DNA of 27,467 nt from an uncultured bacterium. GTDB lineage: Bacteria; SAR324; NAC60-12. Within the stretch, counting starts at the first letter, position 1; each line of letters starts with the position of its first letter. Location: assembly GCA_964010765.1 (NCBI GenBank), contig CAXGMD010000048.1:1-27467 (forward strand), in the 5' to 3' direction. A program made the translations under genes and the position numbers. The notes beneath the pieces are model-generated. The model did no database searches and was not told where the DNA came from. It worked only from the letters and a program-made list of their open reading frames with translations. This document shows positions 17,542-26,984 of this stretch, piece after piece.

Positions 17542-18546
17542 TTACTGTGAAGAGCTTTCCGGGTAAAGGCGTTGAGTATATTGCTGCAGTTGACTAGCAC
17601 TGTTGGGAATAGGCTGATCCCATAGACGAAGTACTCTGCGGGCAAGACGGATCATATCCTGGCCAGCGTTGCTGGTAGAAGCAAAAGACATCAATGATTT
17701 ACCATGCCTCAGTGAATTGAGCACAGCAAGATCTTCCGGGATATAGCCAATAAACTCTACAGTCAAATCCAGTTGGTGACTCAGGTTTTTTTCCAACTTG
17801 GGAATAATCGAAAGATCGTCTGGTCCCAATCCACGGTTGAAGACCAATCGAGGTCTGAATTGGTGCCAGCTGCTCAAAACTTTTTCTGCAATCTCGGGAT
17901 CCAAGGAACTCAGTAAGGTTTGTAGCAAACTAGGTTGGTTGCTTTTCAATTCTAGTGGAGAGGTATAAAGAGTCTGTAGCTTGCGGTGGATTGAACGATC
18001 TTGTGGTAGGGCATGTTCAATCACTCGGAAAGCAAGATTCTTCAGGAAGTTCATCAAGTTTTGCAGCGAAGTGATTTCTGGAGTGGTGACCAGCAAGCCC
18101 TTGTGTGAAATTCGAAAGAAATCCAAAGTACTAAACGAACTGCCGGCTCCTAGATCCAGAATTACATATTCTGCAGGGAGTGCTCGGATCTGTTGCACCA
18201 ACCGTCGCTGCTGAGCCACGTTCAATTGAGCAAGGAAGGGATTCCCCTCATCTCCAGCTAGCAAGTGCAGATTTCGGTGCGGAGTACGAGCTAGATATGA
18301 TTCTAGTGGGGCTTGGTCCGTTGAGCGTAAGAAACGTGCCAGGCCGGGGGGCGTGCCTCCGCTGAGTCCAAGACAACTGTGAAGATTAGCTGCGCCAAGA
18401 TCCAAGTCAATACCGATTGTCTTGTGACCCAGTCTTGCCAGCACAATCGCCAGGTTTGCAGCAATCAGGCTTTTGCCCACTCCTCCCTTGCCCCCCGCAA
18501 TCGGAATAATTGTGGCGGTTTTCTGATTGGCTGGAGTTGCGTTCAT
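17542..18546 (-). CDS. MinD/ParA family P-loop ATPase, FlhG/FleN-like
   Basis: Deviant Walker A GGKGGVGKS, IDLDLGAANLH, ILDLGAGSSFSTLDFF, VTTPEITS, LVFNR, GYIPED. Confidence 0.88.
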   Translation of the reverse strand: MNATPANQKTATIIPIAGGKGGVGKSLIAANLAIVLARLGHKTIGIDLDLGAANLHSCLGLSGGTPPGLARFLRSTDQAPLESYLARTPHRNLHLLAGDEGNPFLAQLNVAQQRRLVQQIRALPAEYVILDLGAGSSFSTLDFFRISHKGLLVTTPEITSLQNLMNFLKNLAFRVIEHALPQDRSIHRKLQTLYTSPLELKSNQPSLLQTLLSSLDPEIAEKVLSSWHQFRPRLVFNRGLGPDDLSIIPKLEKNLSHQLDLTVEFIGYIPEDLAVLNSLRHGKSLMSFASTSNAGQDMIRLARRVLRLWDQPIPNSASQLQQYTQRLYPESSSQ

Positions 18547-18629
18547 ATGACCTGTTTGAATGGTGGTTTCTCAGAAATCAACACTATATCATTGCAGCAA
18601 TCAGCAACTTTTTCCAGAGAACAGGGATT

Positions 18630-19576
18630 GTGAAATTAATCATCCCGATTGCTAGTGGCAAAGGCGGGGTCGGCAAGAGCGTAATCACAGCAAATCTAGG
18701 TTTTCCCTTGCAAAACTGGGTCATCAAGTAATCGTTGCTGATTTAGACTTTGGTGGAGCCAACCTTCATAACTATTTGGGGCTGAAAAATAATAATCCGG
18801 GCTTAGGAGAATTTTTACGAGATCGTTCCGACTCATTGACAAACCTGATAGTACCTACCTTTCATCCCAATTTGCAGTTTCTTCCTGGGGAGGGAGCGAC
18901 TCCCTTCATGGCCGATCTGAATGTAATGGCTCGGCGGCGGTTGCTTGTTGAACTACATCAACTTCCCGCTGAAATCATCCTCTTGGATCTAAGCGCTGGC
19001 TGTAACGCGTTGACCCTAGATTTTTTCAATACTTCTCAAACCGGACTGCTGATCACCAGACCAGAATCTCCATCTGTGATGAATCTACTGGAATTTCTCA
19101 GGCAAACAATTTATCACCGATTACTGCATTACCTTTCCAAAGATCGCAACCTGCTCAATCAGATAGGTAATTTTCTGTTCCAAACAATCAATTCTGTACC
19201 TGTCGTCACGATGAGGGATGTCCTCCAGCTAATTTCAGCCCACCATCCTAAAATTGCAAAAAGACTTCAGGAAGATTTGGAAGCACGTCAAGTTCGTGTT
19301 GTTTTCAACCAAGTTGAGCAGCAAGAGGATCTGGGGTTTTGGTTGCAAGTGCAGGCGCTGGCCAGGGATCAACTTTCCTGTTCATTGGAAAGTTGGGCCC
19401 AGTGTCCAACAGATCCTTCAGTATCTGCAGCACTTAAGGTTCAAACCCCTCTGGTTCAGCAAGGTGTTTCTAAACAATTGCTATGTTCTCTCCGACAACT
19501 TGCGAAAAGAATTCAGAACTATTGGTTTGGTAGTACCTCCAAGATCGGTATATCAACAGACCATCAAGATCATTGA
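18630..19576 (+). pseudogene. Second MinD/FlhG-like ATPase, split by a 1-nt frameshift near 18701-18707
   Basis: GTG 18630 frame gives KLIIPIASGKGGVGKSVITANLGF; the -1 frame continues SLAKLGHQVIVADLDFGGANLHNYLGL... to TGA 19576. One added base restores a 315-aa protein colinear with the neighbouring paralog. Real lesion versus sequencing error is unresolved. Confidence 0.85.
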
Positions 19577-20538
19577 AATGCTCTCATTCTGAACACTCAA
19601 CTAGCACTCAACTTTTGCAAAAAACTATCATCATTAGCAAAAAAACAGGTCGACTTGGTAACCGTCTTCAACTTTATGCACACTGGCTTGCTTTTGCGCT
19701 AGAGAAAGAAGTGAGATTACTGAATCCAGCTTTCGCTGAATATTCGTTGTTTTTTCAAGGGACTGCTGATCAGAGATGGGGAAAGTTTCCCAAAGATCCC
19801 GAAGCTGTTTCTCCCTCTGAAGCTTCCCGAGATTGGATTTATTGGTCAAACCGCGCAGCTTATAAATTAGCCAAGCCCTTAGCCATCTCAAAGAATGCAG
19901 GGTTAAGAGTGGCAAAAGCACAAAGTTCTAAATTTATTCAAACTGATTCACTTTGGAATGAGTTTATTCAAGAATCCTGGAACATCTTGTTCACACAGGG
20001 ACTTCATTTCTATTCACCAGGAGAATGGTTCGTACGGCATGGCGATACGATCCGAAGCTTTTTAGCACCATTGAATGGTTATCAGGAGAAAGCGACACAG
20101 CTTGTTACACAAATAAAATCACGAGCAGATGTTCTTGTTGGAGTTCACCTGAGACAGACTGATTATCAAGAATTCGTGGGAGGTCGTTTCTTTTATTCTC
20201 TAAACCAATATTTGATGAAAATGCTGGAAATAAGGGAACTTTACCATCCCAGAAGTTGCGCTTTCTTGATTTGCTCTGATGTGTCGTGGGAAGGAAGCCT
20301 AGAGCAAGACTTACAATGTTTTTCAGGGCCAGGAACTGTAATCGGTGATCTAATTGCTTTGTCGAAGTGTGACCTGATATTAGGTCCACCTAGTACTTTT
20401 AGTGGATGGGCGGCTTGGTACGGTAAAGTTCCCATTCATTTTCTTGAAAATCCAACCATCTCCCTTGCACTAGATTCCTTCCAAATTCTGCCCTATCCCC
20501 ATGGAGCCTTTCGGGAAGAATACGCATCTCTGGGATAG
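19573..20538 (+). CDS. Alpha-1,2-fucosyltransferase-like glycosyltransferase (GT11-like)
   Basis: GRLGNRL, VGVHLRQTDY (HxRxxDY), ICSD, DLIALSKCDLILGPPSTFSGWAAW. Start uncertain (TTG 19573 or TTG 19615). Confidence 0.78.
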   Translation: MKCSHSEHSTSTQLLQKTIIISKKTGRLGNRLQLYAHWLAFALEKEVRLLNPAFAEYSLFFQGTADQRWGKFPKDPEAVSPSEASRDWIYWSNRAAYKLAKPLAISKNAGLRVAKAQSSKFIQTDSLWNEFIQESWNILFTQGLHFYSPGEWFVRHGDTIRSFLAPLNGYQEKATQLVTQIKSRADVLVGVHLRQTDYQEFVGGRFFYSLNQYLMKMLEIRELYHPRSCAFLICSDVSWEGSLEQDLQCFSGPGTVIGDLIALSKCDLILGPPSTFSGWAAWYGKVPIHFLENPTISLALDSFQILPYPHGAFREEYASLG

Positions 20539-21599
20539 TGAGTGGTTAGCCACTGCCTAAATTGATCTGTTGTCTTCGATATATCAAATTCTGCATCTGC
20601 CCGATTTCTTGCGTTATCCTGAAGTGCTTCATATTCAAGTGCTGTCATGGTGTTGATCTCCTCAAGAACTTTTTGCACAGACTCAGGGTTTTCGAGATCA
20701 ATAAATCGACCGTAATTTTCCTGATTCAATTCTGTGAAGCTTCCTTGCCTTACGGTAATTGTTGGTGTTCCTGTGGCTAGTGCTTCAAGCAAAGAAAATC
20801 CGTAAAATTCATTTTGAGATGTGAAAAACAGGAAGTGCGCTTGTTCGAGTATCAAATTCGGCTCATTGGTAAACCCAGGGAAAAGTATCTTTGTAGTGAG
20901 TTGGTGGGGAACCATTTGCTGAAGTTGCCGCAGATACTCCTGCCCCTTCGTATCATGATCATGAGGTTTCCCAAAAATCTTGATGACGAACCGCTCTTGC
21001 AGGTTTGGGTTTATTTGAAAAGCGTTTATGACTGCCTCGACAAGTTCACAGATCCTTTTTGCTGGTTCGATTCTTGACAGCGAGACCAGTGTGAGGGGTG
21101 AATTCCATGATTTTTTTGGGACTTTTCGAGCCAAAGGGACTCCAAAATACTGGAAATGGCGGCGCTTCTCAGGAATAGGTAACCGTTCTTTGGACTGACT
21201 ATGGGTCAATCTAGTCGGAAAACAACAATTAAATTTTTGATAAAGGTAATGATGATAGATGTCATGCTTATAACCAAAACCATGCATGAAAATTCTAATA
21301 TGGTTTTTAGGTAATTTAAGCAACCCCGCCAGCCAGGCGGCATACATCGTACTGCCTGTATAATGAATTATTGCATCGGGGGATTGTTCTCTCAGAGTTT
21401 GCCAAAGATCCAAATGGTTCCCAGACCTCAGTTCTACAGTGGAATTTTGGAGTAGCTCTCTACTGTCTGCAATCCCATTCCGCTGGCTGAAAAAGATCGT
21501 GTTTTTGCAACTTTGCTTTTGCAACTCACAGGCAAAGAGAACCACAAATTTTTCCAACCCACCCCAATTTCGAGTATGTAACCAGTGCAGGATTTTCAT
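20493..21599 (-). CDS. Glycosyltransferase family 4 (GT-B)
   Basis: MKILH...WGGLEK, LSRIEPAKR, FPGF, EFYGFSLLE (EX7E) ALATGTP. Its 3' end overlaps the convergent GT11 gene by 46 nt. Confidence 0.85.
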   Translation of the reverse strand: MKILHWLHTRNWGGLEKFVVLFACELQKQSCKNTIFFSQRNGIADSRELLQNSTVELRSGNHLDLWQTLREQSPDAIIHYTGSTMYAAWLAGLLKLPKNHIRIFMHGFGYKHDIYHHYLYQKFNCCFPTRLTHSQSKERLPIPEKRRHFQYFGVPLARKVPKKSWNSPLTLVSLSRIEPAKRICELVEAVINAFQINPNLQERFVIKIFGKPHDHDTKGQEYLRQLQQMVPHQLTTKILFPGFTNEPNLILEQAHFLFFTSQNEFYGFSLLEALATGTPTITVRQGSFTELNQENYGRFIDLENPESVQKVLEEINTMTALEYEALQDNARNRADAEFDISKTTDQFRQWLTTHYPRDAYSSRKAPWG

Positions 21600-22633
21600 A
21601 CTGGTAACACTGGATTATCATGTGCCATCAACTGTTTTGCAATCGCTTCTTGTACGATCATCAGGGGAGTGTTCAAACACTCCAACTGACAATTTGGGTA
21701 ATCACACTGAGTCTTGCAACCGGGATCGAATTCAAAACTTAAATGTCTGTTTTGGTTGGGTGGAGTCCAATTCATAGCCAATGGCCGTCCGAAAATTGCT
21801 ACCGTTGGAATGTCCGCAGCCACCGCAAAATGCCTTGGCCCGTTATCGTTACCGATGTGCAGGATCACTTGTTCAAAAAGAGCCCGAGTCTGAGCTAGGT
21901 TGGGTGGATCATAATTCGAAAGGGCCTCGTAACGCATCTGTCCTCGTACCGTGTCCACAAAATCCTGCTCGCCAGGGCCGTAGACGAACAGGATTTTTAC
22001 TCCGTACTGTTCAATCAGCCAATCTGCGAGTTGAGCAAAGTTTTCCAATGGCCATCGCTTGTAAGGTTGGCGAGATACTGGGGAGATAGAAACGACTCTG
22101 TCATCTGGCTGCACTCCTAATTGTTCCAGCAAACCCATCGCAAAAACTCTCTCTTCCACACTAATTGGAAATTCGGGTAAGAGATCTTTTGTATCGACCG
22201 TCAATCCTAAAGCTTCCAGTAGTTGGAGTTTATGGGAAGTTGCGTAGCCGACTCTATGCTGGAGAGGAACAGCGTGAGTGTAGTGCCAAGCTCTTCCTCG
22301 AAAATCAAAGCCAACCCTTGTGGGAGACCCGCTAAGTCTACTGATGAAAGCACTTCTGGGGTTACCAAAGAAATCGATCACGCAGTCAAAACGCATTTGA
22401 CGAAGTTGTTTTAGGAAGTTGAAGCTCTCTCCCCATGTCATTTTCCTTGGCAGTAACCAGACCTCGCTCAAGTGCGGATTGTATTGTAAGAGTTGTTCAG
22501 ACGGAGCTTCAGTCAGAAAGGTGAATTCAGCATCAGGCATGGCTTGGTGAAGCTGACGGATTGCCGGGGTGGTCATCAGCACATCCCCTAATCGGCGGAG
22601 TTGGATAAGTAGAATTTTGCGAAATTCAGTCAC
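21596..22633 (-). CDS. Glycosyltransferase family 9 (LPS heptosyltransferase-like)
   Basis: KILLIQLRRLGDVLMTTP, FDCVIDF, KRWP, IGNDNGPRHFAVAADIPTVAIFG. GTG start; ATGA overlap with the GT4 gene. Confidence 0.9.
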   Translation of the reverse strand: MTEFRKILLIQLRRLGDVLMTTPAIRQLHQAMPDAEFTFLTEAPSEQLLQYNPHLSEVWLLPRKMTWGESFNFLKQLRQMRFDCVIDFFGNPRSAFISRLSGSPTRVGFDFRGRAWHYTHAVPLQHRVGYATSHKLQLLEALGLTVDTKDLLPEFPISVEERVFAMGLLEQLGVQPDDRVVSISPVSRQPYKRWPLENFAQLADWLIEQYGVKILFVYGPGEQDFVDTVRGQMRYEALSNYDPPNLAQTRALFEQVILHIGNDNGPRHFAVAADIPTVAIFGRPLAMNWTPPNQNRHLSFEFDPGCKTQCDYPNCQLECLNTPLMIVQEAIAKQLMAHDNPVLPV

Positions 22634-22806
22634 TATTCCATGTGGTTTGAAGGTCGGGGTAGAAACCAGTCTGCTTTGGGTAGGCTTTGGCTTGGTTAAC
22701 TTCCTTTCAAATCAACAAAAATCTTGCGTTGGGAGTGGGCCTGACTTAGCGTTTGCAACTCAATTTTCCTCGGATCAAGTCCCCCATAGCTTGCTCATAA
22801 GTTCAG

Positions 22807-23556
22807 ATGCCATCGCCTCCATCACCTTCTCAATTAGATCTTACCCGGCTTCCCCAACATGTTGGCATTATCATGGATGGCAACGGGCGTTGGGCTCAGC
22901 AACGATTGATTCCTAGATTCCAAGGTCATCGCAATGCAGTTCGTGCAGTCCGGACCGTTGTTGAAACAGCAGCGGAACTTGGATTGCAGGTCCTCACTCT
23001 CTATGCCTTCTCCACAGAAAATTGGGTTCGCCCTCGCCAAGAGATCAATGTACTAATGGAGTTGCTTCACGAATATTTGCAGAAGGAACTCGGAACGATG
23101 CTAGAAAATAATGTAAGTATGCGGATCTCTGGGGATACCACACGCCTTCCTGAATTTCTTCACAAACCACTAGAAAACGCTTTGAATGTGACTCAGGGCA
23201 ATACTGGCCTAACACTGAATCTTGCTCTCAACTACGGTGGACGAGCGGAACTAGTCAGAGCGATGCAGCAAATGGCCCGAAAAATTGAAGGGGGAGAACT
23301 TCAGGCTGGAGAAATTAATGAGGAGGTCATCAATCAGCATTTATACACTTCTGGTCTGCCCGATCCGGATCTGATCATTCGCACAAGTGGAGAACAAAGA
23401 CACTCGAATTTTCTCATCTGGCAGGCCGCCTATGCAGAGTTTTACTATACTGAGGTTCTCTGGCCTGATTTTACGAAAGAAGATTTTCACAAAGCCTTGC
23501 AAGCCTATCAACTGCGGCAACGCAGGATGGGTGACATCACTCCTGTCTCTGCATAA
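22807..23556 (+). CDS. uppS: Undecaprenyl diphosphate synthase (isoprenyl transferase)
   Basis: HVGIIMDGNGRWA, LYAFSTENW.RP, LNYGGR.E, DPDLIIRTSGEQR.SNFL.WQ, WPDF. Confidence 0.96.
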   Translation: MPSPPSPSQLDLTRLPQHVGIIMDGNGRWAQQRLIPRFQGHRNAVRAVRTVVETAAELGLQVLTLYAFSTENWVRPRQEINVLMELLHEYLQKELGTMLENNVSMRISGDTTRLPEFLHKPLENALNVTQGNTGLTLNLALNYGGRAELVRAMQQMARKIEGGELQAGEINEEVINQHLYTSGLPDPDLIIRTSGEQRHSNFLIWQAAYAEFYYTEVLWPDFTKEDFHKALQAYQLRQRRMGDITPVSA

Positions 23557-23582
23557 CATTTCCTATTTGAAATTAAAACTGC

Positions 23583-24416
23583 ATGTCTGAAGAGAGCCCT
23601 ACCACTTGGTGGTCTTCCAACCTAACGCAGAGATTGCTCAGTGGTATGGTTATGGTGTTAGTGGCAATTCTCTCGCTAGCCTATGGTACTACCCAATGGG
23701 TTGGTCTGCTGGTTTTGGTGGTCGTCATAATCGGAATGCAGGAATATCGAGCTATGCTGTCACAACAGAAAGTTCACCTAAATCGGCGAGGCTGGCTATA
23801 TTCCGCTTTTTTACTGAGCATCAGCCCACTCTTGGGAGGAATCGGTGCCCTGAACGCTATGCTGATCTTGGTTGCAGGTGGCTGGATTCTGCATGAAATG
23901 GTTTTTTCCCGTAAGCAGCAATTGGAGGAACTGCATTCTTTGGGTTGGGCTCTGTTTGGATTATTTTGGGTTGGTTGGAGTTTCCCGCACATGACACTGA
24001 TCAAAGACCTCCCTCATGGGGAATTGAATCTATGTCTGTTGCTTGTTGTGATTGTACTCACAGATAGTCTTGCTTATTTTGGTGGACGCAAATTTGGCAA
24101 AACTCCGCTTGCTCCTGGAATCAGCCCGAAGAAAACCCGTGAGGGGAGCTTATGTGGGACAGTTGGGAGTATGCTGGTTGGCTCTTTGATTGCCGTGAAT
24201 TGGCTAGAATTCTCCTGGCCAATGGCCTTGCTGCTCACTCTTATTATCTCAGTTTTGGGTCAGGTCGGAGATTTGGTTGAATCGAAAATGAAGCGCCTCT
24301 GTGGCGTTAAGGACTCTGGAAAGGTGCTGCCTGGACATGGTGGTACCCTGGATCGGTTGGATAGCTTTCTGCTCACGACCCCCTTCTTTTACTACTGGAT
24401 GCTGCTTATCGCATGA
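23583..24416 (+). CDS. cdsA: Phosphatidate cytidylyltransferase
   Basis: DSLAYFGGRKFGK, ISPKKTREG, GDLVESKMKR..GVKDSG..LPGHGG.LDRLDS; conserved position after uppS. Confidence 0.95.
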   Translation: MSEESPTTWWSSNLTQRLLSGMVMVLVAILSLAYGTTQWVGLLVLVVVIIGMQEYRAMLSQQKVHLNRRGWLYSAFLLSISPLLGGIGALNAMLILVAGGWILHEMVFSRKQQLEELHSLGWALFGLFWVGWSFPHMTLIKDLPHGELNLCLLLVVIVLTDSLAYFGGRKFGKTPLAPGISPKKTREGSLCGTVGSMLVGSLIAVNWLEFSWPMALLLTLIISVLGQVGDLVESKMKRLCGVKDSGKVLPGHGGTLDRLDSFLLTTPFFYYWMLLIA

Positions 24417-25609
24417 ATCCAAAATCCATTGCACTACTGGGTTCTACAGGTTCAATCGGTGGCAGTACCCTAAGTCTCGTTAGGCAGTTCCCCGATCGTT
24501 TCAAGATTCACTCACTGAGTTGTCGCCGCTCAATCGACGTGCTTGTTGATCAGATTAAAGAGTTTGCACCGAAGCAGGTAGTCGTCGAGGCTTCGGATCA
24601 GGTCAATCAACTGAGAGAACTGTTCGCGGAGTCTGAATTGGGAATTCTTTCTGGGGACCAAGGAAATTGTGAGTTGGTACAACACCCTGATGTAGATTTG
24701 GTGGTCACAGGAATTGTGGGAAGTGCAGGATTATCTCCCTGTCTCAAAGCTTTGGAATCCGGAAAAGATCTGGTATTTGGTAATAAAGAGTCCTTGGTGC
24801 TCGCAGGTGAGTTGTTCATGCAGGTTGCCCATCGAAGTGGAAGCAGAATCTTACCGATGGATAGTGAACACAATGCGATTTATCAGTCTCTCGTTGGTCA
24901 TCGACGTGAAGACGTGGTTTCACTGATTCTAACCGCTTCCGGAGGGCCTTTTCGAGATATGCCACTGGAGGATTTTTCAGCAATTACTAAGGAAGCTGCG
25001 CTACAACATCCCAATTGGGAGATGGGCAACAAGATCACCATTGATTCAGCGACAATGATGAACAAGGGTCTTGAGGTGATTGAAGCCCACTGGCTTTTTG
25101 GAATTCCTCTGGAAAAAATTGAAGTGGTGATTCATCGCGAAAGCATTGTTCACTCTCTGGTTGAATATGTTGACGGTTCTCTGATTGCTCAACTTGGACA
25201 ACCAGATATGCGGATTCCCTTGGCCTACTGCCTAGGTTATCCGGAACGTCTGCCTTTGAATTTACCAAGATTGAACCTGTGCAAACTTGGTTCTTTGCAT
25301 TTTGAAAATCCTGATCCAGTTCGTTACCCTTGTCTCGCTTTGGCTTTGGCTGCTTTGCAACAGGGTGGGCCGGCGCCAGCAGTCTTGAACGGAGGAAATG
25401 AGGCGGTTGTGGAAGCTTTTTTAGATGAAGAGTTGCACTTCAACCACATCGCAAGTTATCTTCAAAGTCTGATGTCGCTTCTTGATCGCTGGCGGCAGCA
25501 ACCGGAATGTCCAAATTATCTCCAACACATCAACTCGGTGGATGATGCCCTGGCTGCGGACCGCTGGGGTCGATCTCAACTCCGCCACTTGCTGGAAACA
25601 ACTTCATGA
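24413..25609 (+). CDS. dxr: 1-deoxy-D-xylulose 5-phosphate reductoisomerase
   Basis: LGSTGSIG, NKESLV, PMDSEH.AIYQ, LTASGGPF, HPNW.MG.KITIDSATMMNKGLEVIEA, PDMRIP. Confidence 0.97.
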   Translation: MNPKSIALLGSTGSIGGSTLSLVRQFPDRFKIHSLSCRRSIDVLVDQIKEFAPKQVVVEASDQVNQLRELFAESELGILSGDQGNCELVQHPDVDLVVTGIVGSAGLSPCLKALESGKDLVFGNKESLVLAGELFMQVAHRSGSRILPMDSEHNAIYQSLVGHRREDVVSLILTASGGPFRDMPLEDFSAITKEAALQHPNWEMGNKITIDSATMMNKGLEVIEAHWLFGIPLEKIEVVIHRESIVHSLVEYVDGSLIAQLGQPDMRIPLAYCLGYPERLPLNLPRLNLCKLGSLHFENPDPVRYPCLALALAALQQGGPAPAVLNGGNEAVVEAFLDEELHFNHIASYLQSLMSLLDRWRQQPECPNYLQHINSVDDALAADRWGRSQLRHLLETTS

Positions 25610-26916
25610 TCACTACGGTTCTTTCCTTCATTGTTGTTCTGGGTTTTCTGATCTTCATTCATGAACTCGGGCATTATCTCGCGGCTCGGCACGTCAATGT
25701 TCGTGTCGAAACTTTCTCGATTGGCTTTCCACCCAAGATGACAGGTTTTCGCAGAGGCAATACGGATTACCAGATCTGTTGGATTCCACTTGGAGGATAT
25801 GTCCGTTTGTTTGGGCAAAATGTAATGGACGAAGATGCCAACGATCCTGAAAACTATGCTTCGAAGACAGTTTGGCAACGCTTCTATATTCTCGTTGCAG
25901 GACCTGCTATGAACCTTGTCTTTGCTTTCATCTTCATGCCGCTAGTATACCTGGTGGGTGTTGATGCTCCAGCATACCTGTCGGCTCCTCCCGTGGTTCA
26001 ACAGGTTAAGGTGGAAAGCTTTGCTGCTTCGGTTGGTCTGCAAGCTGGAGATGAGGTGATTGCGGTCAATGGTCGAGAGGTTCGTAATTGGCGAGGACTT
26101 CAATCCGAATGGGGAACGCTGACACCGGCAGATTCACTTTCCCTGACCGTGCTGCGCAGTGGAAGAGAGGTTGAAGTACAGAGTACAATGCGTGAAGTGC
26201 AAAACTATGGTGAAGTTGGCTGGGTGCCTCATATTCCTGCAGTCATAGGAGTCATTAGCTCAGGTTCTGCAGCCGAGGAAGCAGGCCTGGAAATTGGGGA
26301 TCGCATCATGCGCCTGGGTGGTGAAGATGTGGGAGACTGGTCGGACATTTCCCGTTTGGTTCAGCAAAGCCAACCTCTGGCACCAGCCAATCCAATTCCA
26401 ATGACAGTTGAACTGGTCAGGAATGGACAAACCAAACTGCTGGAACTGACTCCTAAATATGAGCCAGAAGTTGGTCGTTATCTCTTGGGCTTGCAGGTGG
26501 GTACAGAGCGTGAAACCTATGCGCTTGGAGAGGCTATTGGGTTAGGCGCGGAGCGTGTCATCTTCATGACCCAAACGACCTTCAATTTTCTTGGTCAGAT
26601 GCTTAGTGGTCAGGGGTCAACAGATGATCTAGGTGGACCAATCCGAATTGGCATGTTTATTGGTGACGCTGTACGTAGCGGCGTGGGAGAATTGTTCTTC
26701 CTGATTGCCGTAATCAGCTTGCAGTTGGGAATCTTCAATTTACTACCGATTCCTGCGTTGGATGGGGGCCATATCTTCTTTCTTCTTGTCGAGAAAATCA
26801 AGGGAGGACCCCTGAGTGCAGCGACCCGAGAACGAACACAGATGTTAGGATTTTCGGTGTTGTTGTTGTTGATGGTTTTTGTGACGTACCACGACATTTT
26901 GTCGATCGCCACATAA
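25606..26916 (+). CDS. rseP: RIP metalloprotease RseP (M50, two PDZ domains)
   Basis: HELGH, FSIGF, WIPLGGYV, AGPAMN, two PDZ-like segments, NLLPIPALDGGH; ATGA overlap with dxr. Confidence 0.95.
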   Translation: MITTVLSFIVVLGFLIFIHELGHYLAARHVNVRVETFSIGFPPKMTGFRRGNTDYQICWIPLGGYVRLFGQNVMDEDANDPENYASKTVWQRFYILVAGPAMNLVFAFIFMPLVYLVGVDAPAYLSAPPVVQQVKVESFAASVGLQAGDEVIAVNGREVRNWRGLQSEWGTLTPADSLSLTVLRSGREVEVQSTMREVQNYGEVGWVPHIPAVIGVISSGSAAEEAGLEIGDRIMRLGGEDVGDWSDISRLVQQSQPLAPANPIPMTVELVRNGQTKLLELTPKYEPEVGRYLLGLQVGTERETYALGEAIGLGAERVIFMTQTTFNFLGQMLSGQGSTDDLGGPIRIGMFIGDAVRSGVGELFFLIAVISLQLGIFNLLPIPALDGGHIFFLLVEKIKGGPLSAATRERTQMLGFSVLLLLMVFVTYHDILSIAT

Positions 26917-26968
26917 TTCCATGGAGGTCATTTTCCGGCATGCATGCCAGCACGTGACGAACTTTGCT

Positions 26969-26984
26969 TGGTACATATCCTGCT
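26969..26984 (+). promoter_or_regulatory. Sigma54 (-24/-12) promoter candidate upstream of fliN
   Basis: TGGTAC-ATATC-CTGCT has GG(26970-71)-N10-GC(26982-83), close to consensus TGGCAC-N5-TTGCW, about 55 nt before the fliN ATG. Confidence 0.6.

Noticed and set aside
18604..18617. Sigma54-like TGGAAAAAGTTGCT on the minus strand of the ATPase spacer
   Set aside because: GG and GC are 8 nt apart, not the required 10.
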